A DNA stretch of 64,000 bases from Candidatus Micrarchaeota archaeon (lineage in GTDB: Archaea > Micrarchaeota > Micrarchaeia > Norongarragalinales > SBBD01), in contig JAHJQN010000004.1 in the NCBI GenBank assembly GCA_018819225.1, positions 194,813 to 258,812 on the forward strand. The letters are read 5' to 3'. How positions within the stretch are numbered: the stretch's first letter is position 1; each line of letters begins with the position of its first letter. A program made the translations under genes and the position numbers. The notes beneath the pieces are model-generated. The model did not search any database. It had not been told where the DNA came from and saw only the letters and a list, made by a program, of their open reading frames with translations. Shown piece after piece: positions 1 to 7,673 of the stretch.

Positions 1-423
1 TCGATTACTCCTAGTAATAACATCTTTTATCGTTCCCAATCGAACATTTAAATCGGCCTGTTTCCCTTCTCGAATGGCATCTTTGAATGCAATAACTCGC
101 GGATTTTCCATACCGTGATCTCGTAAGTGATCATGAATAGCGGTTAAAACGGAGGACACACGTTCTGACGGAATTCGTGTCAAATGACTTTGTTCTATTT
201 GTAGCAATAGTTGATCTTCAACCATTTTTCCATGAAGGGCGGTCGTAATATCTCTAAAAGTTGCAGATGGAAAAATTTTTCTCATTAGTTTGGTATGCGA
301 CTCTCCATTTCGTCCCAACATTACTATTGGTTCGGTTGGATGCACTATAAAAGTAATGTCTGAAGTCGGGGTCCGAATTAATCGACTGCTTTTCCGAACT
401 ATAATTTCTTCATTCCGATTCAT
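1..423 (-). CDS. hypothetical protein, N-terminal part only (gene continues beyond window start); low-GC
   Basis: Minus-strand reading frame from ATG at 423..421 (MNRNEEIIVRKSSRLIRTP...) runs open to position 1; AT-rich codon usage like neighbouring island genes; no recognisable motif. Confidence 0.4.
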   Translation of the reverse strand, partial: MNRNEEIIVRKSSRLIRTPTSDITFIVHPTEPIVMLGRNGESHTKLMRKIFPSATFRDITTALHGKMVEDQLLLQIEQSHLTRIPSERVSSVLTAIHDHLRDHGMENPRVIAFKDAIREGKQADLNVRLGTIKDVITRSNR

Positions 424-643
424 AATTCCGTTTCTTGTTAAGGGTATTTAAATCAGGCGCTGGGGATGGGAGCAGGAAGAAAAGTTCCGGTCCCTCTCGC
501 AAAAGGAAAGCCCCGGCGGGAACCGACCAAAAAGGTCAAAGCCCTCAATAAAACGACTCGGAAGCGGGAAAAAAAGGCTAAATGAACCTATTCAATAGAT
601 ATACAATAATCAGATCCGCACCATTATTCATTTAAAGCCCTTA

Positions 644-1864
644 ATGAGTATTAAGTTGATGTTAATTGAGCTTCGAATAAAGCCAGGTAAGTTAAAGCTA
701 GTTCGAATGATAAACAAAATTTCTAAAAAATGTCATTTATCAAGTCGAAAAATACACAGAATACCTCACATTACAATATACGGCCCTTTCAAAGGTCGTG
801 GTTCAAATATTCGAAGTATTAATCAGATTTTAGCTCAAATTGGATCAAAATATGGACCATTGGAATTCCAAGTAAAAGGTTTCGAGTGGATGCAGGGCGA
901 GCATGGAAAAGTCATTTACTTCAACATTATACCTTCACCAGATTTAATAAAAATTCAAAAAGAACTTGCGTTTGAATTAAGTACAATTACGCCTAGTAAT
1001 AAAGAATGGGATAAATTTGGAAAATATACATTTCATTCTACTTTAGCATACCGACTAACTGATTCAGAGTTTAAACGCGTTTGGTCTTACGTAAATAGTG
1101 TTCCAAATTTTAAAACTAAAGTATTGAGTTATTTTGGAATTATTAGTCCTGATCGGAAATTTAAAATTAATGATTTTCATTTTCCAATGACTGCGTTCCG
1201 AATTACATTCCTCAACGACTATAGCAAAATCATTTCAGAATATGATTTTGTTACTCATCATATTCTAAATCGTTATGAAGCATTAAACCCAAAAGAATGG
1301 TCTAAAACTTTATGGAAATATCGCATAAATCGCGGAATAGAATTGTCTAACAATATTTCTTCAAAATCCTCTAGCGGACCGTACATAATTAGCGATACTC
1401 ATTTTGGTCATGAAAATATTATCGAGTATTGTATTCGTCCGTTTTCGTCTATTCATGAAATGAATCGAGTACTTATTTCAAATTGGAATCGGATTGTCAA
1501 ACCTAATGATATTGTTTATTTCTTAGGCGATTTATCGTTTGGAAGAAGTAAAAAACCTCCGTCTTATTGGCTAAACCAACTAAATGGAGATATTAGATTT
1601 ATTAGGGGAAACCACGATGACTTAGTTTTGTTAGGGAAAAAACACGAATACATTGATTTTGAAGGGGAAAAAATACTATTAGTACATGATCCAAAAGAAA
1701 AACCAAAAAATTGGAGTGGATGGATTATACACGGTCACAATCATAATAATGATCTTTCACGATATCCTCTGGTAAATAATACGAATAAAACAATCAACGT
1801 TAGCAGTGAACTAATCAATTATTCCCCGATTTCTCTTAAATATTTACTTTCTTTTCGAAAATAG
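644..1864 (+). CDS. 2H phosphoesterase (LigT/2',3'-cyclic phosphodiesterase-like) fused to calcineurin-like metallophosphoesterase
   Basis: N-terminal half has two H-x-T/S-x motifs (HITIYGPF, HSTLAY) typical of 2H phosphoesterases; C-terminal half has MPP motifs DTHFGH, GDLSFGR, GNHDD; AT-rich. Confidence 0.7.
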   Translation: MSIKLMLIELRIKPGKLKLVRMINKISKKCHLSSRKIHRIPHITIYGPFKGRGSNIRSINQILAQIGSKYGPLEFQVKGFEWMQGEHGKVIYFNIIPSPDLIKIQKELAFELSTITPSNKEWDKFGKYTFHSTLAYRLTDSEFKRVWSYVNSVPNFKTKVLSYFGIISPDRKFKINDFHFPMTAFRITFLNDYSKIISEYDFVTHHILNRYEALNPKEWSKTLWKYRINRGIELSNNISSKSSSGPYIISDTHFGHENIIEYCIRPFSSIHEMNRVLISNWNRIVKPNDIVYFLGDLSFGRSKKPPSYWLNQLNGDIRFIRGNHDDLVLLGKKHEYIDFEGEKILLVHDPKEKPKNWSGWIIHGHNHNNDLSRYPLVNNTNKTINVSSELINYSPISLKYLLSFRK

Positions 1865-2138
1865 ACGGTATTCATTCTTCTTTTAAAGAAAATCTATCTA
1901 GCTGCCTTCAATAACAAATCGGTGTATGGGAAGATAATATTCGTCATTCCCATCAACAATCCATAAATTAACGATATAAACTCCTGGCCCATCCGTTAAA
2001 TAATCACCAATTCCTGCTTCGACTTCAAATAAACCCGAAGGATTCGCATTCCATTTTCTTGGATACATGTATCGGGCATCATCTAGAAAATGACCGGGTT
2101 CGATAATTGCGGTTACATAATTATTTTCTAACTTAAAT

Positions 2139-2537
2139 TCACCAGCCGAATTTAATCGGCTTCATAGAAAAACCAAACGGCGATACCCGTTTTCTACGTT
2201 TTTTTCTTTTCATTTTCTTTCTTGGTTTAATCGCTTCTCGGGCATGCCTTTGCATTCGTTGAAACTCAGCCCACGATTTCCTTCCCATGTTCTTGTTACA
2301 TTGATAGCAGAGAACAACCGTGTTCTTAATCGTGGTTTTGCCTCCAGTTGACCAAGCCCGTTTATGTCCAAATTGAGCGGCAGGGTAATCCAATCGTTTT
2401 CGACAATTTTGACATCTTTTTCCTTGTTGAGCCCAAACGATTTGTTTCTGATTCGTCGGAAGTGTTCTTTTGTTATCCCTCCTCGGATCATTAGCCCCCC
2501 ATATCATGCGTTCAAAATTTCGGTTAGTTCCATACAT
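2139..2537 (-). CDS. HNH endonuclease
   Basis: C-x2-C ... H ... N ... C-x2-C arrangement (CQNCRKRLD...HKRAWSTGG...NTVVLCYQCN), basic C-terminal tail. Confidence 0.75.
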   Translation of the reverse strand: MYGTNRNFERMIWGANDPRRDNKRTLPTNQKQIVWAQQGKRCQNCRKRLDYPAAQFGHKRAWSTGGKTTIKNTVVLCYQCNKNMGRKSWAEFQRMQRHAREAIKPRKKMKRKKRRKRVSPFGFSMKPIKFGW

Positions 2538-2563
2538 CTAAATCCCCCATTAAATCTTGATCG

Positions 2564-2860
2564 TTAGAATCTCCAGACTTCATAGCTTCGCTTGTGCTTC
2601 CTATAAGTCTTCCGTTGTAATTTTGAAAGACGTGCTCTACCCGATTTGACTTCTACTAGTTTTTTCTTTTTCCTTCCAGTACGCCAACTACGCTTTGAAA
2701 CCTCGTAGTCAGACCCCCGACCTGTTCTTTTAATACTATAGCCGTGTAGTCCATAACGGGTAATTGCCAGGTCTTCCGCCATCTTGCCTTTTGTTTTATT
2801 TCGAACTAAACGTGTACGTTTTGCTTCTCGCAATAATCCGCCAAGAAGACCCAATTCCAT
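2564..2860 (-). CDS. hypothetical small basic protein
   Basis: 98-aa Lys/Arg-rich ORF co-directional and 27 nt upstream of HNH gene; no motif recognised. Confidence 0.35.
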   Translation of the reverse strand: MELGLLGGLLREAKRTRLVRNKTKGKMAEDLAITRYGLHGYSIKRTGRGSDYEVSKRSWRTGRKKKKLVEVKSGRARLSKLQRKTYRKHKRSYEVWRF

Positions 2861-2979
2861 CTCCTAATGGCAAAGCGTTAAACTCCTTTTTTAAGGCATA
2901 TCCTACAAGAGAGTACAGGGACCTTTTTATTAGAATAAAAATATGAAAATCGATAGTGCACTTTAATAGTTGACGACAA

Positions 2980-3948
2980 ATGGAAGTATATGAAATAATG
3001 TCAACTCCGCCAATAACGGTTAGATTAACGGATAGTGTACATAAAATTCAAAAATTATTTTACAGGCATAAAATTGCTAGTATTTTTGTCGTTGAAAATG
3101 GAAGAGTTGAAGGGCTAGTTACAAGAAAGAACTTTTTTTCAAGTAAACATTTTCTTAGACACAATTCAACTGCAAAAAATGTAATGACAAGAAACGCATA
3201 TACAATTCATTCAACTGCCGGCGTAGATACTGCTTCGGATTTAATGATTCAATATGGTGTCAATAGTCTTGCTGTAATCAGAAGTGGAAAAATTGTAGGG
3301 GTAGTCACCCGATTTGACTTTAATAAACGCAAACGAGAGCATAATCCGCCAACCTACATTCAGTATACGCCAAATCCGCCATCAAACAATAAAAGTTTTG
3401 GTTTTTATATTTTTATAAGCATTATTTTATTGTATCTAGGCTACACTTTTATCTACCCCATTATTGAATTTAGTAATACTAGTTCAATAGAATTTCTAAT
3501 ACACCAAAAAATCAATTATGAACGCGGTAAATACAGACTTCCACATTTAATGTACGATAGTTCATTACAAAGAACTGCAGACAAGCATAGTATAGATATG
3601 GAAGAAAATAATTTCTTCGACCATATTAATAAACAAGGGAAAGATCCCGCTCAAAGACTCTACGAACAAGGATTCTCGTGTTCAAAACAATACGGTAACC
3701 TAATTTATTCAGGCGTTGGCGAAAATATTGCAAAAGAACCAATTTTTAGCCAAAGGGGATTTTTAGCCATTTTTCCATACGTTATTTGGAACGATAAAGA
3801 AAAAATTGCCTCGGCAACAGTGGAAGGATGGATGAAAAGCCCAAGTCATAGAGAAAATATCTTAACTGCTCATTATTCGTCTGAAGGAATTGGTGTTCAT
3901 AGAAGTACTTTTGGAGAGTATTTCTATATAACTCAAAACTTCTGTTAG
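2980..3948 (+). CDS. CBS-pair domain / transmembrane / CAP (SCP, PR-1-like) domain protein
   Basis: Two CBS-like repeats at N-terminus (VVENGRVEGLVTRKNF; VIRSGKIVGVVTRFDF), central hydrophobic helix (FGFYIFISIILLYLGYTFIYPII), C-terminal CAP signature (HRENILTAHYSSEGIGV...GEYFYITQNF). Confidence 0.65.
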   Translation: MEVYEIMSTPPITVRLTDSVHKIQKLFYRHKIASIFVVENGRVEGLVTRKNFFSSKHFLRHNSTAKNVMTRNAYTIHSTAGVDTASDLMIQYGVNSLAVIRSGKIVGVVTRFDFNKRKREHNPPTYIQYTPNPPSNNKSFGFYIFISIILLYLGYTFIYPIIEFSNTSSIEFLIHQKINYERGKYRLPHLMYDSSLQRTADKHSIDMEENNFFDHINKQGKDPAQRLYEQGFSCSKQYGNLIYSGVGENIAKEPIFSQRGFLAIFPYVIWNDKEKIASATVEGWMKSPSHRENILTAHYSSEGIGVHRSTFGEYFYITQNFC

Positions 3949-4032
3949 ACCGTTTTATATTGAGTAGTTAGGGCATTGTGATATCGTGTTCAAACCCGGC
4001 CTGCGGCATAGACAACGGTATACGGAAAAAAG

Positions 4033-5796
4033 CTATTTCGTTGGAATCAATCTCTCCAGATCATGCAAAATATGGGCAACGGATGTCCTCAATTCGTCCA
4101 AAATGTTACTTAACTCCGCGATTGTTACTTCAAGTGTTCCTACCCGTCCTTCAAGATCGGAACTCCCAAAAGGGGTAACCGAAGTGCATCCCTTGCTTTG
4201 TTTCTGAAGCCCCACAAGAGTACACATGTATTCCGTCTGGAACTTATTATTTTTTCCTTCAATGCGACGATGAGTGTAAGCGTTCACACCCGTGCAATAG
4301 AAGTCATAAAACGTGTTGCAAACCTGATTATCGTTAATGATATTATTTCCACTGGATAAAACAATTCCCCTCTCATTTCTGGAAATATCGTTATTCGTAA
4401 TATTAGTATCGGAGGTCACTTCAAGAGCAAGAAATTGATCTCTGAACTTATTACGAAAGATCGTTAGTGTTCCCTCAGAATTACCTAAGTTGGATGCGAT
4501 ACCCACATAATTGTTGTTTATTGTATTGTTCTCAAATAGCGATTGGGAAGCCGAATAATTGTGCCAGTACAGGATGTATCGAATGCCGTACTTGAAGTCT
4601 TGGATGATGCAATTCTTAACTGTTAAATTGCCATGGTGCAAGCTGTCTACTCCGCTGCCGAATCCTGATTCATAACCCGGCCCAGTAATGGAATGACCCT
4701 GACAATCCAAGGTTACGTCGTCTGATCCGATTATGATACAGCTATCGTTGTAGGTATCCACATGCAAGTCTTCTTCCAAGTAAGTGTCTTCGAAAATAAT
4801 ACCGCACGCAGAAGGCTCCGGTTCAGTTTCGTTCTGGGAATTGATTACGAAGTTGTCGAAAACGGAGTCCACGACGCCATCATGGCCGGCAACCGTCTCA
4901 AAAGAAAAAGTGATGGGATACTGATCGGTAAAATCGGTAATAATTGGAGGAGAACCATACACGTGCCACTCATTCGTCTGCGTAATCGTTCCGTTCGGCA
5001 ATATGGTTGTTAAAACGGCGGAAGAGTTACTGAACGAAATGTGGAGCTGGTAGTCTCCCAAATCGTTCCCCAACTGAACTTCCCCGTTCCAATTACCAAC
5101 CCATTTCTCAACCAACGTGCCATCCCTGAGTTTCAAGACCGTGCGAATCAAGCGGTTGCCGGAACCACTCGGGTAATACACGTAATAGGAAAGCTCATTG
5201 CCAGGATAGAATGAATGATTAGTCATAGTCATTCGTGTGCGGGCGTCACGGGCACCAAGCTGGCTGAGCCGATAGTTTTGAGTGAAGTTGTCACGGTAAT
5301 GCAAGTCAACGTGCCCAGACCCAGGCGTGCTTTCGTTCCATAACAGGTTCGTAGCCACTTCGTTGGAAAAGTCGTCGTATAACTGCTCGCCTTCATCTAG
5401 AACTGGAAGAGTCGTAAAGTTCTGGTTAGATGAATTAAGACAACCGAATTCATTGCAGTTCATTGTCATGACGTGATAAGTCGTGTTCGGCTCAAGGTCA
5501 TCGGAAATATTGAAGAAAAATGTTTGATTATAAGGAATACCTGCCCTGTAGTAAGAATACGTGTAATTATTCCAACCGCTACCCTCACCACTTCCAACAA
5601 AAAGAGTTGAATTAGCTGGCTGGTTAGTATACCAAGCAAACCACGCACTCGAACTCGTAATAAAGTAGACAGACAAATTGATCAGTGCAGGCGGTTCCGA
5701 AGGAATGGAAGGCGCTGACCCGAAATCATCTCCAGAAACGTAAGGAAAACTCGCCGCTAAACACAGAATCAATGCCCAAAAGCTAAAACGGTTCAT
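4033..5796 (-). CDS. secreted right-handed beta-helix repeat surface protein with many N-glycosylation sequons
   Basis: Signal peptide MNRFSFWALILCLAASFPYVSG (start chosen at internal Met, codon 5796..5794); parallel beta-helix-like repeats (NNTINNNYVGIASN, NITNNDISRNERGIVLSSGNNIINDN); >25 N-x-S/T sequons. Confidence 0.7.
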   Translation of the reverse strand: MNRFSFWALILCLAASFPYVSGDDFGSAPSIPSEPPALINLSVYFITSSSAWFAWYTNQPANSTLFVGSGEGSGWNNYTYSYYRAGIPYNQTFFFNISDDLEPNTTYHVMTMNCNEFGCLNSSNQNFTTLPVLDEGEQLYDDFSNEVATNLLWNESTPGSGHVDLHYRDNFTQNYRLSQLGARDARTRMTMTNHSFYPGNELSYYVYYPSGSGNRLIRTVLKLRDGTLVEKWVGNWNGEVQLGNDLGDYQLHISFSNSSAVLTTILPNGTITQTNEWHVYGSPPIITDFTDQYPITFSFETVAGHDGVVDSVFDNFVINSQNETEPEPSACGIIFEDTYLEEDLHVDTYNDSCIIIGSDDVTLDCQGHSITGPGYESGFGSGVDSLHHGNLTVKNCIIQDFKYGIRYILYWHNYSASQSLFENNTINNNYVGIASNLGNSEGTLTIFRNKFRDQFLALEVTSDTNITNNDISRNERGIVLSSGNNIINDNQVCNTFYDFYCTGVNAYTHRRIEGKNNKFQTEYMCTLVGLQKQSKGCTSVTPFGSSDLEGRVGTLEVTIAELSNILDELRTSVAHILHDLERLIPTK

Positions 5797-6044
5797 GTAA
5801 CTACACCCCCTATTGGCTACGGACAAACAACATTTTTTAAGGAGTGGCTTTGGTCGATTTCGGTTTGTTCGAGCGCATAACGATTTCAAAGAGGCGAATC
5901 TCGTCGATGGCCAAATAGAGCAGGGCTTAAATAGGGGTTTGCGGTCAGGGCAAGCGGGTGCGAGGCCAAAAGCCAGCCGGAACCGGCTTGGGATAGTAGA
6001 TTATGAGGGAATTATGGCGGGGGGCTTCGCTACCGTGGGCTGAA

Positions 6045-6174
6045 AGCCCCCGGCGAGAATCGAACTCGCGACCTCCTGTTTTCTCGCTCTTGCTTTTTTG
6101 GTCGAGCTTTTCTTAAAGAAAAGGTCGGGTGGCAAGGTTACGAGACAGGCGCTCTTCCGCTGAGCTACGGAGGC
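6045..6174 (-). tRNA. tRNA-Thr(CGU) with ~57-nt intron at canonical 37/38 position
   Basis: Reverse complement reads GCCTCCG-TA-GCTCAGCGGAAGAGC-G-CCTGT-CTCGTA[intron]A-ACAGG-AGGTC-GCGAGTTCGATTCTCGC-CGGGGGC-T; acceptor, D, anticodon and T arms all pair; intron 3' region (GCAAGAGCGAG) pairs with anticodon-loop/exon (CTCG..CTTGC) as expected for BHB. Confidence 0.75.
6098..6129. repeat. palindromic T-rich hairpin motif copy 1 (TTGGTCGAGCTTTTCTT-AA-AGAAAAGGTCGGG), inside tRNA-Thr intron
   Basis: 8-9 bp stem CTTTTCTT/AAGAAAAG; same motif recurs at 6204-6240, 7584-7622, 7842-7882. Confidence 0.6.
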
Positions 6175-6203
6175 ATAAATGTTTTTTCAAATGCCCATTT
6201 CAT

Positions 6204-6240
6204 TTGGCGGAGCTTTTCTTTATAAAAGAAAAGGTCCGCG
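6204..6240. repeat. palindromic T-rich hairpin motif copy 2 (TTGGCGGAGCTTTTCTTTATAAAAGAAAAGGTCCGCG)
   Basis: Perfect 9-bp stem CTTTTCTTT/AAAGAAAAG extended by GCGGAC/GCTCCGC; lies between tRNA-Thr and a 21-nt partial copy of its 5' end. Confidence 0.6.
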
Positions 6241-6244
6241 CTTC

Positions 6245-6265
6245 CTTCCGCTGAGCTACGGAGGC
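6245..6265 (-). repeat. 21-nt partial duplicate of tRNA-Thr 5' end (acceptor + D-stem/loop)
   Basis: cttccgctgagctacggaggc identical to 6154-6174. Confidence 0.7.
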
Positions 6266-6304
6266 AACTTTATTTTTTATGAACCGTTTGTTTTAAATGG
6301 CAAT

Positions 6305-6353
6305 GGGGGGTAGGGGCGACCCGCGTAAGGGGAACTCCCCTTGGAGGGGGTCC
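6305..6353 (+). ncRNA. GC-rich structured element copy 1 (GGGGGGTAGGGGCGACCCGCGTAAGGGGAACTCCCCTTGGAGGGGGTCC)
   Basis: Two hairpins (GGG-GCGA-CCC GNRA-like; AAGGGGA-AC-TCCCCTT); second copy at 48061-48108 with two compensatory base-pair changes in the second stem. Confidence 0.45.
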
Positions 6354-6520
6354 TGGGGTGCGGAGGCATTCTGACAACAAAATGCGCATTGTTTATGGAC
6401 GGCTTTTGTTTAAAAAAACGTTGGATACTGGATCCGGGGATGCAACCAGACATTTAATAATATTCAGGCGCTCTTTTCAATCGTATTTCACGAACGAAAT
6501 CAAGGGAGGCTGATAAACGG

Positions 6521-7105
6521 ATGCCACACAAATGCGTCAAATGCGGAAAATTGTATCCGAACATGGCGCCAGAGCTCATGAAAGGCTGCGAATGCACGTC
6601 CCGCATCTTCTTGTTCTTGCGCGAAAGCCAAGTCAGCGTCAAGGAGACCATGGAGTTGCTGCAGGAAGAGAGCCAGAAGCTCGTGGAAGACACGAAAGCC
6701 ATTCAAGAACTCGCCGAAGCCACGCCCATCACCATAGAAAAAATCGAGCTGCCTTCCGTACCCGTCAAGTCCATGGTGGAACAACAGGACGTGCACGGCA
6801 AGCCCCACGTCATTCGAGTACAAGAAAAGAAGGATCCTGAAAAAGCCGTGGATGAAATCGAGGAAGCGGACATGGAATCCGATCAAGAAGATGACACGGA
6901 CGGGCTCGTGGACGGGGACATGGAGAAAACCGTTTTACCCGTTGACGCGGACGGAGAACCCGTTGAAAACATCACCATCCTGGAAAAGGGATCGTACGAG
7001 CTCAACATCGAGTCACTCATGGCGGGTAACCCGCTCGTCATCCGAACCGAACGCGGAATATTCTACATACGCATTCCGACGCCCGTCAACCAAAGGAATC
7101 GGTAA
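6521..7105 (+). CDS. Zn-ribbon domain protein with acidic C-terminal region
   Basis: N-terminal C-x2-C ... C-x-C (HKCVKCGKLY...GCEC), acidic low-complexity middle; ends overlapping next gene start (ATGG). Confidence 0.5.
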   Translation: MPHKCVKCGKLYPNMAPELMKGCECTSRIFLFLRESQVSVKETMELLQEESQKLVEDTKAIQELAEATPITIEKIELPSVPVKSMVEQQDVHGKPHVIRVQEKKDPEKAVDEIEEADMESDQEDDTDGLVDGDMEKTVLPVDADGEPVENITILEKGSYELNIESLMAGNPLVIRTERGIFYIRIPTPVNQRNR

Positions 7106-7401
7106 TGGCTATTAACGAGATCGCATCCAAACCGGCTATCGACGTAGCGGAAAGCGTGGCGTTTTCCGGAGCGGACTTGATCATCATCGCCGGAGTCGTC
7201 ATTATTCTGGCACTCATCGTCCTCTTTATTTTCCGGCGGTTTCTCATCAACTCCGTCATCGGAATCATCGCCCTCATCGTACTGAATTATGCGGGCGTAG
7301 AGATTCCGTTGAACGTGGCCACCATTGTCGTCACCGCGATTTTGGGTTTAGTGGGCGTGGCGCTGCTCATCATCCTCAAGCTATCGGGAATCGCCTTTTA
7401 A
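7105..7401 (+). CDS. small integral membrane protein (3 predicted TM helices)
   Basis: 98-aa hydrophobic ORF translationally coupled to upstream gene. Confidence 0.5.
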   Translation: MAINEIASKPAIDVAESVAFSGADLIIIAGVVIILALIVLFIFRRFLINSVIGIIALIVLNYAGVEIPLNVATIVVTAILGLVGVALLIILKLSGIAF

Positions 7402-7433
7402 TGGTTCCCGGGACTAATTTTGTTTCCAGGCAA

Positions 7434-7557
7434 GGGCCCGTAAGAGAAACCATCTCCGGGACGCTCAGCTTGGATAGAGCGATTGCCTCCTAATCACTCG
7501 CGGATTGCAAGTGGAGGGGAAAGCAATAGGTCGTGGGTTCGAATCCCACCGGGCCCG
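7434..7557 (+). tRNA. tRNA-Arg(CCU) with ~29-nt anticodon-loop intron and an unusual 20-nt insert between acceptor 5' strand and D stem
   Basis: GGGCCCG...[20 nt]...GCTC-AGCTTGGATA-GAGC-G-ATTGC-CTCCTA[intron]A-GCAAT-AGGTC-GTGGGTTCGAATCCCAC-CGGGCCC-G; acceptor strands complementary; canonical T loop. Confidence 0.6.
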
Positions 7558-7583
7558 CTTAATGCCAGTTCCCGTGGTTTCAT

Positions 7584-7634
7584 TGGTCGAGTTTCCTTCC
7601 CAAGAAAGGTCGTTCAGAATCCCGACCGGGCCCG
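7584..7634 (+). repeat. hairpin motif copy 3 plus degenerate partial copy of tRNA-Arg 3' end (GGTCGTTCAGAATCCCGACCGGGCCCG)
   Basis: TTGGTCGAGTTTCCTTCCCAAGAAAGGTCG followed by T-arm-like + acceptor-3'-like sequence sharing ACCGGGCCCG with tRNA end at 7547-7556. Confidence 0.55.
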
Positions 7635-7673
7635 TATATTAATTAAACTTGTTTTCCTGCAACCTATACCATT

